A DNA stretch of 64,000 bases. It comes from Candidatus Palauibacter sp. (lineage in GTDB: Bacteria; Gemmatimonadota; Gemmatimonadetes; Palauibacterales; Palauibacteraceae). Made by a program: the position numbers and the translations under genes. The stretch spans positions 1,100,797 to 1,164,796 of the forward strand of contig NZ_OZ244149.1 in assembly GCF_965216145.1 (NCBI RefSeq), read 5' to 3'. The notes under the pieces were generated by a model. It worked only from the letters and a program-made list of their open reading frames with translations. It was not told the DNA's origin and searched no databases. Of this stretch, positions 9,398 through 19,327 are shown piece by piece. Each line of letters opens with the position of its first letter. The stretch's first letter is position 1.

Positions 9398-11442
9398 TTA
9401 TCCCCCTTCGTCTGCTTCCTGTCCGTCTTCCCGGTTTCGGCCCCGTTTTCGGTCGTCACCCTCGCCGCGGGGGCCCATGGATCGTTGACGCCGGCGCCGG
9501 GGCAGGCGTCGCCCGTGTCGAGGAAGTGGGTGTGGAGGCACTCGAGCGTGGAGCCCAGTTCAGTGAGCAGTTCAACGGTCTCGGGGTAAGGCACGCGGGT
9601 GAAGAACCCGGCCCGACCGCCGCGCGCCATGTCCGCCGTGGACTGTCCGAGACGCGTGATGGCCGTGACATCCGCGCCTTGCGAGACCAGATATTCGATG
9701 AGTTCGTTGTCGCCGCGTGATGCCGCGTAGTGCATCGGCGTATAGAGCCAGGAATCGAGCCGATTCACGTCGGCGCCCAGTTCCTCGATCAGGTACTTCA
9801 CCGCCGGGATGAACTGATTGGGACGGCTGCGGACGCTGAACGCGCCGAGACCCAGATATCCCCCGCCCGCGGCGGCGTGCAGCGGCCAGGCGTTGGGTGC
9901 GCCCTCGGGGATCCCGGGCAGCGCCGAGTCCTCCTGCTGCCGGCCGTCCTGCTGCCGGCGCTCCCGCATCCCGACTTCCGGCCAGCGCGTGGGGATGTTC
10001 GGGTCCGCCCCGTGCGCGACGAGCAGCTTCATGGCCTCGAGGTCCTGCGCGAAGGCCGCGCGCCAGAACGGCGTCGCGCCGGTGAGGTCGATCCCCATCT
10101 TCGTGAGCCCGAACTCCCAGTACCACAGGTGCGTGTTCAGCCGGGGGTCGGGGTCCGCGCCGGCTTCGAGCAGGGCGCGCAGCACCTCCATGTGCCCGGC
10201 CTGCTGGCGGTCCTGAGCACGCGGCTGAGGGTAGTTGGACTTCGGGGCCCACTGCGTCTGCAGCGCGGCGAACAGGGGGGTGGCGCCGTCGGTCGAGGCG
10301 GCGAGATCCGGGTCGGCGCCGCGTTCGATGAGGACGAGCGAGAAATCGAACTGGCCGTTGAGCATCGCCATGAGGAGCGGGCTGGTCGCGTCCGCGCTCA
10401 CCTGGTCGATGTCCGCGCCGCCGTCGAGAAGCGCCGCGGCCGCCTCGATGTGCCCTTCCCGCGCGGCGTGCAGGAGCGCGGTCGTGCCGCCGGTCATGCC
10501 GACAAGGACTTCGCGGTACGGGGGGCGCACGACGTCGGGGCCGCCGGGGTAGTCGGGCCCGACGCGGGCGAGCGAGTGCGCGCCGACCTCGCCGACATCG
10601 AAGCCGGAACGGAGGAACTCGCGCTGCGCGTGGATGGCCGCCTGGACGTGCGCCGGGGCAGGCTCGCCCGGCCATTCGGCTTTGGAGTCCACCTCCGGTC
10701 CGTACGGTCCGAGCGTCTCGGCCGGCGCGCCGATCCAGTCCCGGAAGCGGCGGTTTGCTTCACGGTCGAGCGCCAGACTGGGCAGGACGTCGACCACGGC
10801 GGTCGCTATGCCGGGGTCGGCCCCGGCCTCGAGCAGCGCGGCCACGGCCGCCGCCCGGTTCGCCGCAGCGGCGAACATCAGGGGTGTCTGCCCCGCCGAC
10901 CCTTCGCGGGCGTTGGGGTCCGCGCCGTGGTCGAGCAGCGCGGTCACGGCCGCCGTGCCGTCCACGGCGCCCGCGGCGAGGTGCAACGCGGTCACGCCGC
11001 TGTTCGTCGTCGCGGCGTTCGGGTCGGCCCTCGCCTCGAGCAGGAGCGCGACGACGGCGCCGTGCCCCCCGCAGCCAGCCATATGGAGCGGCGTGTAGCG
11101 ACCGATGCGCGTCCCGGCATCCACCGCCGCGCCCGCGTCGATCAGCGCCCGGGCCGCCTCCGCATGGCCTCGCTCGGCGGCAAGATGCAGCGCGGTGATC
11201 CCGTCGCCCCGCGCCGCGTTCACGTCCGCGCCCTCCCCCACGAGCGCCCGCACGACCTCGACCTGCCCGTCCCGGGCGGCATCCAGCAGCCGATCGTCCC
11301 CACCCGACGATCCCGTCTGCGCCGCTGCCCCCACCGGGAGGAGCGCCAAAATCAGGAGCGCCGAAATCAGGAGCGTGCCCATGGCGGAGTTCGCTCCGGG
11401 CGCCATTCCGCCCTTCGCTCCGCGCCTCATGCCGCGCCTCAT
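9394..11442 (-). CDS. secreted ankyrin-repeat protein
   Basis: Multiple ANK units (GITALHLAAERGHAEAARALIDAGAAVD, GVTALHLAAG..., GQTPLMFAAAANRAAAVAALLEAGADP). N-terminal hydrophobic signal. 4-bp overlaps with both neighbours. Exact start (11442 or the internal ATG at 11382) is uncertain. Confidence 0.75.
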   Translation of the reverse strand: MRRGMRRGAKGGMAPGANSAMGTLLISALLILALLPVGAAAQTGSSGGDDRLLDAARDGQVEVVRALVGEGADVNAARGDGITALHLAAERGHAEAARALIDAGAAVDAGTRIGRYTPLHMAGCGGHGAVVALLLEARADPNAATTNSGVTALHLAAGAVDGTAAVTALLDHGADPNAREGSAGQTPLMFAAAANRAAAVAALLEAGADPGIATAVVDVLPSLALDREANRRFRDWIGAPAETLGPYGPEVDSKAEWPGEPAPAHVQAAIHAQREFLRSGFDVGEVGAHSLARVGPDYPGGPDVVRPPYREVLVGMTGGTTALLHAAREGHIEAAAALLDGGADIDQVSADATSPLLMAMLNGQFDFSLVLIERGADPDLAASTDGATPLFAALQTQWAPKSNYPQPRAQDRQQAGHMEVLRALLEAGADPDPRLNTHLWYWEFGLTKMGIDLTGATPFWRAAFAQDLEAMKLLVAHGADPNIPTRWPEVGMRERRQQDGRQQEDSALPGIPEGAPNAWPLHAAAGGGYLGLGAFSVRSRPNQFIPAVKYLIEELGADVNRLDSWLYTPMHYAASRGDNELIEYLVSQGADVTAITRLGQSTADMARGGRAGFFTRVPYPETVELLTELGSTLECLHTHFLDTGDACPGAGVNDPWAPAARVTTENGAETGKTDRKQTKGDK

Positions 11443-12866
11443 CGGGCGCCGCTCCCGCCGGGGGCCGCCCCGCCCGCGAAGTCGAGCGGCAAGGCACCGT
11501 CGCTGTCACCGAACGTGCTCAACTCCGGGTGTCCGATCTTCCGCATCAGGCTCACGAACGCGTTCGCCATCGGCGTCCCGTCGGGAGCCCGATGGTGCAC
11601 ACCCCCCTCCAGCGCGCCGTTCGCCCCGCCCAGGAAGAGGAGAGGCGCCCTCCGGTGGTTGTGGAGGTTCCCATCGGCCATCGGAGAGCCCCAGACGATC
11701 GCCGTCCTGTCGAGCAGCGACGCGTCGCCTTCCACGGTGCCGCCCAGCTTCTCGAGGAAGTAGGCGAGTTGGCCCAGCCGATAGGTGTTGATCCGGTTGA
11801 AGTCCATGATGTCCTCGGGGACGTTGCCGTGGTGCGAGGCCCCGTGGACGGACTTCGTCGTCCCGCTGTCGGGAAAAGCCCGGTTCGACTGATCGAACCC
11901 GGTCTTGAAGGTGATGACCCGCGTCAGATCGGTCTGCAGCGCGAGCAACTGCAGATCGAACATGAGCCGCATGTGTTCCTCGAAGGAGTCGGGGATCCCG
12001 GACGGCGCCTCCGGCATCTCCCGCTCCTCACCGCTCGCGTTGCGCGCCTCGACGAGCTGGATCCTGCGCTCGATCTCGCGGATATGGTCGATATACTCGT
12101 CCAGCGCGATCCGGTCCGCCGAGCCGAGCGCACTCCTGAGCCGCGCGACCTCGGTGGCGATCCAGTCGATCATGCTGCGGTCGGTGCGGCGGCGCGCCGC
12201 GCGATCCGCGGCGGTGTCGCCCGCCCCGAACAGCCGCTCGAAGACGACGCGCGGCTCCCGGATCGCCGGGAGCGGCAGGTCGGGCGAGGCCCACGCGAGC
12301 GAGGTCGTGTAGGCGCAGTGGTAGTTGTACGCGCAGCCGCCGCCCCGATCGATCCCCTCGATGCACAGTTCCAGCGACGGGAGCACCGTCTCCTGCCCGA
12401 AGCGTTGCGCGTGCAGCTGGTCGAGCGAAGTCCCGAGGTAGATGTCGGACCCCTGCGTCTGCTTCGGGTGCGCCTGGGTGAGGAACACCGCCGTCGAGCG
12501 GTCGTGGTCCCCGCCGATCTCCTCCGCGCGCGAGGCCTCGGCCGAGCGGCAGTCCGTGTTGCTGACGATCGTCATGTACCCGCGGAACGCCTCCAGCGGC
12601 TTGAGCTGGCTGTCCGCCACGAGTTCGAAGTCCCGGCCGGTCGTCCCCGGTGCGAACAGGTGCCGGGCGTCGCCCCAGTCGCTCGAGCCCGCCGCCCCCA
12701 TCGACTCCTCGACGCAGACCAGGCGCGTGAAGTTCGCGGCCTTCATCGGGTCGGCCCACAGCCGCCCTGCGGGAATCATCGCATCGAGAAGGGGCAGGGC
12801 CACGCTGGCGCCGGCGCCACGCAGGAAGGTGCGACGCGAGAGGTGTGTGCCGGTGACGAAGTTCAT
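11439..12866 (-). CDS. DUF1552 family protein with Tat signal
   Basis: N-terminus MNFVTGTHLSRRTFLRGAGASVALPLLDAMIP (twin-arginine motif). Family signature regions GGDHxRS, GGCAYxY, HHGN. It is the standard partner of DUF1592-family proteins. Confidence 0.7.
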   Translation of the reverse strand: MNFVTGTHLSRRTFLRGAGASVALPLLDAMIPAGRLWADPMKAANFTRLVCVEESMGAAGSSDWGDARHLFAPGTTGRDFELVADSQLKPLEAFRGYMTIVSNTDCRSAEASRAEEIGGDHDRSTAVFLTQAHPKQTQGSDIYLGTSLDQLHAQRFGQETVLPSLELCIEGIDRGGGCAYNYHCAYTTSLAWASPDLPLPAIREPRVVFERLFGAGDTAADRAARRRTDRSMIDWIATEVARLRSALGSADRIALDEYIDHIREIERRIQLVEARNASGEEREMPEAPSGIPDSFEEHMRLMFDLQLLALQTDLTRVITFKTGFDQSNRAFPDSGTTKSVHGASHHGNVPEDIMDFNRINTYRLGQLAYFLEKLGGTVEGDASLLDRTAIVWGSPMADGNLHNHRRAPLLFLGGANGALEGGVHHRAPDGTPMANAFVSLMRKIGHPELSTFGDSDGALPLDFAGGAAPGGSGAR

Positions 12867-15394
12867 GATCCAGCTCCTTCTGTCATTCTGCTCTCATTCT
12901 CTCGACTCTCACCCTCTCGACTCGCGCCCTCTCGGCTCGCGTCCCCCTGCTCGTCCACGACGGGCTGGGGGCGCACCATCCGGAACGCGTCGCTGTTCAC
13001 GACGCCGAAGATGAACGAGGACATCCGGTAGTCGTCCGCTTCCGCTTCCCGCGCGATCGCCCGGATCCCCGGTTCGTCGAAGTACTCCACGCGCCGCCCG
13101 ATCGCGTACGCCAAGAGGTGCGACGCGAAGTTCCGGACGAGCGGAATCGGCCGCTTCATCAGCACGTCGACAAGATCGGCCGGCGTGCTCACGTCCGTCC
13201 CGTCGTAGAAGGTGCCGCGCGTGTCGAGCGGGACGCCGTTCTCGCGGATCCGCACCTGTCCCGTCACGTCGTAGTTGTCGAGCGCGAGGCCGATCGGGTC
13301 CATGAAGCGGTGACAGGAGCGACACGTCGGATTCGCCCGGTGCATCTCCAGCCGTTCGCGGGTCGTGAGCAGCCGCCCACCTCGCGCCGATTCCGTGTCA
13401 TCGAAGGCGGGGATGTTGGGCGGCGGCGGCGGCGGCGGAGTACCCATGAGCACCTCCATCACCCACTTGCCTCGCAGCACCGGCGAGGTCCGCGCCGACA
13501 TGGACGTGAGGAGCAGCACGCTCCCGTGCCCCAGCACCCCGCGCCGGCTTTCGTCCGGGTAGGACACGCGCCGGAACCCGGGCCCCGAGACCCCCGGAAT
13601 CCCGTAGTGAGCCGCGAGCCGCTCGTTCAGGAAGGTGTAGTCCGCAGTGAACAGTTCCAGCAGGCTCCGATCCTCGCGCACGAGCCGGTCGAACAGGAGT
13701 TGCGTCTCCCGCACCAGATCTTCGCGCAGCTGCCCCGTGAAGTCCGGGTACAGGTAGGGCTCCGGCTGGTTGTCTTCCGCGTCCTGCAGCCGCAGCCACT
13801 GCGAGGCGAAGCGCGTCGACAGCGCCTCCGCGCGCGGGTCCGCCAGCATGCGGCGCACCTGAGCTTCGAGGACCGCGGGGTCCGAGAGCCGGCCGTCCGC
13901 GGCGAGGTCGAGCAGTTCATCGTCCGGGATCGTCGCCCAGAGGAAGAAGGAGAGCCGTGTCGCGAGATCGAGGTCCGAGATCGCGTAGCTCTCGTCGCCG
14001 GCCACACCCTCTGGAGCCCGCTCGAGGCGGAAGATGAACGACGGGCTGGCGAGAATCGCCTGCAGCGCCGTCCGGACCCCGACCTCGAAGCCTTCCTCCG
14101 CCGCAGCCCCGTCGTAGAACGACATCGGCCCGGCGATATCCTCCTCCGTGACCGGCCTCCGGTACGCCTCGCGCGCGAGGCGCGTGACGATCTCCGTCGC
14201 GCAGGCACGCGCCTCCCCGGAAGCCGCCGATGCGGGCCGGGCGGGACGGCAGCTGAAGAGCGTGCGGCGGCTCGCCGTCTCGGAGAGCCCCGCGGTGCGC
14301 CGCGGGCCCGTGATCATCAGCTCGCTCAAGTGCGGAAGCGCCGTGATCCCGTAGTTCGCCCACGACTGCGAGTCTTCCCCTCCCACGAACGACCAGCCCG
14401 GCGTCTTCAGGCGGTCCTCGTACGGCCCCTCGATCGTCCGCACGAACGCGGCCGCGATCTGCCGCTGGCCCGCCCGCACGAAGATCGGCTCGGTCCGGAT
14501 CGGGTAGGTCGAGCGGCTTCCGTGCTCGAGGCCGAGCAGCGCGACTCCCTCGCCGTCGATCGAGATGTCGACATCCTGGAAGCCGGTCCCCTGGCCGAAG
14601 AGCGTCTCGATCGTGAACACGTACTCCCCGTCGACCGGGAAGTCGTGCGTCACGACGATCCCTCCGCGGGTCCCGTACGGCGTGCCCTCGAGATGATCCC
14701 AGGCGTGCTGCGAGACTTCGATCGGGTTCGTGTATTTCGCCGAACGCGACAGGGCGTCGGGGTTGCCGACCGCGAGCCGGCTCACCTCGGTGGCAGCCCG
14801 CAGGTACGCTTCGAGCAGCGTAGTCGAGAGGCCCTGCGCGTCGGACATGTTGTCGAAGGCGCCCAGATACGTGTCCGCCGGGAGCCAGCGGCCGGCGTCG
14901 ATCTCGAGGTCGAGGAGGTCGCGGATGACGCGCTCGTACTCGGCCCGGTTCAAGCGCTGGAAGCGCCGCGCGCCGGGGTTCGGATCGTGTGCGGCCGCGC
15001 GGTCTACCACCGTCTCCAGCGTCTCGACGAGCGCCAGAAGCGTGTCCGGAGACGGTCGACGCTGGCCCGGCGGCGGCATCATCCCCGCACGCAGCTTGCG
15101 GATCATCTTTTCGGCGGTGGGCGCTCGCTCGTGCGCCGCGTCCACATCGAACGTCTCCAGCGTGAGGTTTCCCCGCAGCAGGCGCTCGTTGTGACAGCGC
15201 ACGCAGTACCGCTGGACAACATCGGTGAGGTCGGCGAAGGCGGGGGTCGGCGTCGGCGGGGTGGCGTCGACGTGTCCGGTCACGATCTGCGGCGGTCGCG
15301 CGACGGGCGCGACATCGGGCGCACGGCTCTCCGACGGCCCGCCCGCAACGGCAAGCCAGAACCACAGGATCGCGCCCACACTCAATGACTTCAT
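12863..15394 (-). CDS. DUF1592/DUF1587/DUF1595/DUF1588/DUF1585 multidomain protein with cytochrome-c-like CxxCH motif (PSCyt-type)
   Basis: Signal MKSLSVGAILWFWLAVAG. CVRCHN heme-binding-like motif followed by RKLRAGMMPP. Paired with DUF1552 as in Planctomycetes, Verrucomicrobia and Gemmatimonadota genomes. Start taken at the internal ATG (15392-15394) rather than the track's 15442. Confidence 0.7.
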   Translation of the reverse strand: MKSLSVGAILWFWLAVAGGPSESRAPDVAPVARPPQIVTGHVDATPPTPTPAFADLTDVVQRYCVRCHNERLLRGNLTLETFDVDAAHERAPTAEKMIRKLRAGMMPPPGQRRPSPDTLLALVETLETVVDRAAAHDPNPGARRFQRLNRAEYERVIRDLLDLEIDAGRWLPADTYLGAFDNMSDAQGLSTTLLEAYLRAATEVSRLAVGNPDALSRSAKYTNPIEVSQHAWDHLEGTPYGTRGGIVVTHDFPVDGEYVFTIETLFGQGTGFQDVDISIDGEGVALLGLEHGSRSTYPIRTEPIFVRAGQRQIAAAFVRTIEGPYEDRLKTPGWSFVGGEDSQSWANYGITALPHLSELMITGPRRTAGLSETASRRTLFSCRPARPASAASGEARACATEIVTRLAREAYRRPVTEEDIAGPMSFYDGAAAEEGFEVGVRTALQAILASPSFIFRLERAPEGVAGDESYAISDLDLATRLSFFLWATIPDDELLDLAADGRLSDPAVLEAQVRRMLADPRAEALSTRFASQWLRLQDAEDNQPEPYLYPDFTGQLREDLVRETQLLFDRLVREDRSLLELFTADYTFLNERLAAHYGIPGVSGPGFRRVSYPDESRRGVLGHGSVLLLTSMSARTSPVLRGKWVMEVLMGTPPPPPPPNIPAFDDTESARGGRLLTTRERLEMHRANPTCRSCHRFMDPIGLALDNYDVTGQVRIRENGVPLDTRGTFYDGTDVSTPADLVDVLMKRPIPLVRNFASHLLAYAIGRRVEYFDEPGIRAIAREAEADDYRMSSFIFGVVNSDAFRMVRPQPVVDEQGDASREGASREGESRENESRMTEGAGS

Positions 15395-16037
15395 GCGCCG
15401 CCCTTCGAGAAGCCGGGGTGCGCCGGAATGCGCTTCAGCCAATTAACTTAGGAAAAAGAACATCCCGCCGGGAGGGGCTTCGTGGCCAGCAGGCTCGGTC
15501 AACTGGCTTGCCGCGAGCGCCCCTCCACCCGGTAGTCGCTGAGCCGGCACGAGTGCCTCTGCGGCATCGCGATGCGTGTGCTGGAGCCGCTCCACCCGAC
15601 AACCCGAGGGAGCGAGACCGGAGGCTGCCTGGGGGTTGTTGCTGGTCCCTGCGAAGCCTTATGCCAATTCAAAATGAGACTTTCAATTGGCATAGGCCGA
15701 CACAGGGGCACCGACACTCCCATGATTGCTCGAGATCTCGCGCCGGTGAACAGTCATCCTGAGATCCAGAGCTAGCGCCTCCACTGTTCCGGCGCGGGGA
15801 TGCCGCGAGAGATCAGGATCTCGAGGTCCGCCGCGTCCCGCAGCACCGATGCGATGGCGCCGGGGTCGGCCGCGACGCCTGCGAGGGTTCCGAGATGACC
15901 CCCTCCGGGCGCGGAGAGTTCAATCGCCTTCAGCCTGGCCGCCCATGCGGATGACACCGGGAGCGTGAAGGCGAATCCCGATCCTCCGTCGCCGTCCGCC
16001 ACCTCCTGCATGGGAGCCACCTCGGTCTCGACATGGG

Positions 16038-17288
16038 CTACCTCCGTCCCGCGGGCACGAGTCGGACGATGCCGGTTGCGGGGCCGTCGATGTCGCGCGT
16101 TTCCCCATCGATGGCGACGTAGACGAAGCCGTCCGGTCCCTGGCGCACGTCGCGGATGCGGCCGATCCCCTGGAGGAGCGTCTCCTCGTGCGCCACCTCC
16201 TGCCCCTCCATCCGCAGCCGCGCGAGACGCCGGCCGCTCAGACCGCCGACGATCATGTCCCCGCGCCACTCGGGGAAGGCCTCGCCGGTGTAGAAGAGCA
16301 TCCCGGAGACGCCGATCGACGGGACCCAGATGTAGTCCGGCGGTTCCATGCCCTCCATGAGCGTCGCCGAGTGGATGCGCGCGCCGGTCCGGTAGTTCAC
16401 CCCGTAGCCGACCACGGGCCAGCCGTAGTTGAGGCCGGGCTCGATCAGGTTCAGTTCGTCCCCGCCCTGCGGGCCGTGTTCGTTCTGCCACAGTTCGCCC
16501 GTCTCCGGATGGACCGCCATCCCCTGCGCGTTCCGGTGGCCCCACGTCCAGATCTCGGGGTGGATCCCGTCGCGGCCCACGAACGGGTTGTCCTGCGGGA
16601 TCCGACCGTCGTCGTGGATGCGGATCGTGCTTCCGTTGTGATTGGAGAGATCCTGCGCCGGGTGCGCCATGAGGTCGCCGGCCGAGGGCCACTGCCGGTC
16701 GCCCAACGTCATGAACAGGTAGCCGTCGTGGTCGAACACGAGGCGCCCGCCCCACATCGAGCTTCTATCCGTCCCGTTCCCGAACGCGTCCGCGTGGAAC
16801 AGTTCCTCGACGTCGGTCAGGCGGTCGTTCTCGAACCGGCCCCGGGCGATCGCGATCGTGCCCAGCGAGTCCGCGCCCGGTTTCACGTAGCTCAGGTAGA
16901 GCAGCCGGTTCGTGGCGAAGTCCGGGTGGAGGATCGCGTCGCGCAGGCCAGCCTGCTCGAAGCCGCTCATGGAGCGCGCGCCGCGGCCCAGCGCCCGGAT
17001 CTCCGGCAGGCCCTCCACGGAGCCGGGGAGTAGCGCACCGTCCCGGATGATGCGAAGCCGGCCGGGCCGCTCGGTGACGAGCAGATCGCCCTCCGGCGTG
17101 AAGACCATCGAGAACGGGCGCACGAGGCCGTCGGCGACTTCTTCCACCCGGAAATCGTGGTGCGCTGTCTGGATGATGTCGCCGGCTGCCCCTTCCGGGT
17201 CGCCCGCAGCACACCCCGCGAATGGCAGAAGCAGCAGCAGGCAAGCCGTGCGTTCGAAGCTGTGCAGGGTGCGGGGGATATGGGTCAT
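16038..17288 (-). CDS. PQQ-dependent sugar dehydrogenase (soluble glucose/sorbosone dehydrogenase family) lipoprotein
   Basis: Motifs NHNGSTIRIHDDG, GHRNAQGMAVHPETGELW, DELNLIEPGLNYGWP. Leader MTHIPRTLHSFERTACLLLLLPFAGC. Confidence 0.8.
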   Translation of the reverse strand: MTHIPRTLHSFERTACLLLLLPFAGCAAGDPEGAAGDIIQTAHHDFRVEEVADGLVRPFSMVFTPEGDLLVTERPGRLRIIRDGALLPGSVEGLPEIRALGRGARSMSGFEQAGLRDAILHPDFATNRLLYLSYVKPGADSLGTIAIARGRFENDRLTDVEELFHADAFGNGTDRSSMWGGRLVFDHDGYLFMTLGDRQWPSAGDLMAHPAQDLSNHNGSTIRIHDDGRIPQDNPFVGRDGIHPEIWTWGHRNAQGMAVHPETGELWQNEHGPQGGDELNLIEPGLNYGWPVVGYGVNYRTGARIHSATLMEGMEPPDYIWVPSIGVSGMLFYTGEAFPEWRGDMIVGGLSGRRLARLRMEGQEVAHEETLLQGIGRIRDVRQGPDGFVYVAIDGETRDIDGPATGIVRLVPAGRR

Positions 17289-17373
17289 CGCAGGCTCGGT
17301 CTCGTCCGTGTACACGCGAGTAATCGGGCTCCTATACTAAGGGCGTCCCAGCAGAGCCTGACAGGAGGTTGAA

Positions 17374-18663
17374 ATGCGTCGAACCACAAGATCCCCATCG
17401 GTCACCCTCACCCGCCTCGCAATCCTCCTTCCGACTGCCGGACTTCTGGCGGGCTGCGCGCCGGACGGCGGCGGAGATGGCGCCGGCGCGGTCGCGTTCG
17501 AGGGCGCCCGCGTGATCACGGGCGACGGCTCGGTGATCGAGTCGGCCGTGCTCGTGGTCGAGGACGGACAGTTCGCGGCGGTCGGGGCGAGCGGCGAGGT
17601 CGAGGTGCCCGCCGGCGCCGAGCGGGTCGATCTCGGCGGCAAGACGGTCATGCCGGCGCTCGTGAACGCGCACATCCACCTCGCCTCCGAACGCGACGAA
17701 CGGACCACGCAGCTCCAGCACATGGCGTACTACGGGGCGGGGGCCGTCGTGAGCCTCGGCACCGAGAGCGGGAACGTCGGGTTCGAGATGCGAGAGGAAC
17801 TCGTCCCGGACGCGGCGCGTTCCAAGACGGCCGGGCGCGGGATCACGATGCCGGAGCCCGGTCGCTCCGATGTCCCCTACTGGATCGAGACGGAGGACGA
17901 GGCACGGGCTGCGGTTCGGGAACTGGCCGAACGGCAGGTCGACATCGTCAAGATCTGGGTCGACGACCGCGGGGGGCAGTACGAGAGGCTCTCCCCGGAA
18001 CTCTACGGCGCGATCATCGACGAGGCGCACCAGCACGGGCTCATGGTCACGGCGCACGTCTTCTACCTGGAAGACGCCAAGGGGCTGCTCGAGGCTGGGA
18101 TCGATATCTTCGCCCACGGCGTGCGGGATCTCGACGCCGATGACGAACTCATGGAACTGTGGGCGGAGCGCCCGGAGGTGGTGCTCGTCCCCAACCTCCC
18201 CGGACCCGGGGTGGCGCTCGACCTGAGCTGGCTGGGCGGCACCGTTCCCGCCGACCAGCTGGCGGAGATGCAGGCGGCATCCGCGGACAATCCCGCCGCG
18301 CAGGCGTCGTTCGGCATCCAGGCGCGGAACCTGGCCCGCTTCGCCGAGGCCGGCGTGACGATCGCCTTCGGCACGGACGGCAACGCGGCCTGGGCGCCGC
18401 ACCAGGAGATGGAGGACATGGTCCGCTCCGGGATGACGGCGGGCGACGTCATCGTGGCCGCGACGAAGACCTCCGCCGAACTGATGAACTGGAACGGACT
18501 CGGCGAGATCGCCGCCGGGAAGAGCGCCGACTTCATCGTGCTCGACGCGAACCCGCTCGACGACATCACGAACTCGCGCCAGATCGACGCGGTCTACCTG
18601 CGGGGGGCGATGGTCGACCGCGAGGGGATCAGCGCCCGCATGCTCGGCGCGGGAACCGAGTGA
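17374..18663 (+). CDS. amidohydrolase family protein (lipoprotein)
   Basis: VNAHIHL metal-binding start and FGTDGNAAW ... AGKSADFIVLD C-terminal amidohydrolase motifs. Strong RBS AGGAGG upstream. Leader with LLAGCAP lipobox. Confidence 0.75.
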   Translation: MRRTTRSPSVTLTRLAILLPTAGLLAGCAPDGGGDGAGAVAFEGARVITGDGSVIESAVLVVEDGQFAAVGASGEVEVPAGAERVDLGGKTVMPALVNAHIHLASERDERTTQLQHMAYYGAGAVVSLGTESGNVGFEMREELVPDAARSKTAGRGITMPEPGRSDVPYWIETEDEARAAVRELAERQVDIVKIWVDDRGGQYERLSPELYGAIIDEAHQHGLMVTAHVFYLEDAKGLLEAGIDIFAHGVRDLDADDELMELWAERPEVVLVPNLPGPGVALDLSWLGGTVPADQLAEMQAASADNPAAQASFGIQARNLARFAEAGVTIAFGTDGNAAWAPHQEMEDMVRSGMTAGDVIVAATKTSAELMNWNGLGEIAAGKSADFIVLDANPLDDITNSRQIDAVYLRGAMVDREGISARMLGAGTE

Positions 18664-18706
18664 CTGTCGGTCCGGTGACCGCCGTTCCCGACCTCGGGAC
18701 GCTTCG

Positions 18707-19306
18707 ATGATCGAACTTCAACCCGTGACGCTCGAGGGCCACGGCGTCCGCCTCGAGCCGCTGGGTCCAGAGCACGCGGACGCGCTCGCCGAGGCGGCGG
18801 CGAACGGCGAGTTGTGGAACCTCTTCTTCACCTTCGTCCCAGCCCCGGACGAGGTCACGGACTATATCGAGACCGCGCTCGAGGGTCAGGCCGCCGGTCA
18901 CATGCTGCCGTGGGTGGTCCGGCTCCTGGAGACGGGCGCCGTGATCGGCTCCACGCGCTACCACGACATCCTGCCGCATGTGGACCGGGTCGAGATCGGC
19001 TACACCTGGTACGGGGCGAGCCACCAGCGGACATACGTCAACACGGCCTGCAAGCTGCTCCTCATGACGCACGCGTTCGAGACGGTGGGATGCGGAGTGG
19101 TGGGACTCCGGACGGACGGCATGAACCTGCGCTCCCAGCGAGCCATCGAGGCGCTGGGCGCGAAGAAGGACGGCGTCCTCCGCAACCACTCGCTGCGCCG
19201 CGACGGGAGCGTGCGCGACGACGTGATGTACTCCGTGCTGCACCACGAATGGCCCGCCGTCAAGCAGCACCTGAAGACCCGCCTCTGGCGCCACCGCCAA
19301 GGCTGA
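18707..19306 (+). CDS. GNAT family N-acetyltransferase (RimJ/RimL-like)
   Basis: Typical GNAT architecture; VRLEPLGPEHADAL..., RVEIGYTWYG..., HAFETVGCGVVGLRTDGMNLRSQRAIEALGAKKDG. Confidence 0.7.
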   Translation: MIELQPVTLEGHGVRLEPLGPEHADALAEAAANGELWNLFFTFVPAPDEVTDYIETALEGQAAGHMLPWVVRLLETGAVIGSTRYHDILPHVDRVEIGYTWYGASHQRTYVNTACKLLLMTHAFETVGCGVVGLRTDGMNLRSQRAIEALGAKKDGVLRNHSLRRDGSVRDDVMYSVLHHEWPAVKQHLKTRLWRHRQG

Positions 19307-19327
19307 CGGTAGCGCCGGGCGTTCGGC

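Noticed and set aside
15443-16037. RNase P RNA, SRP RNA, 6S or tmRNA in the long non-coding leader
   Set aside because: None of the conserved core strings I know (for example the RNase P P4 region AGGAAAGTCCGGGCTCC, the SRP GGTGCTGTTT / AGCAGCCAAGG region, or a tmRNA CCA-terminal TLD) is present on either strand.
15772-16755. 327-aa minus-strand ORF rich in Arg/Gly/Pro
   Set aside because: It overlaps the PQQ sugar dehydrogenase gene in another frame for most of its length and has no recognisable domain. Only its last ~79 codons (15772..16011) lie in intergenic DNA, noted separately as a low-confidence small ORF.
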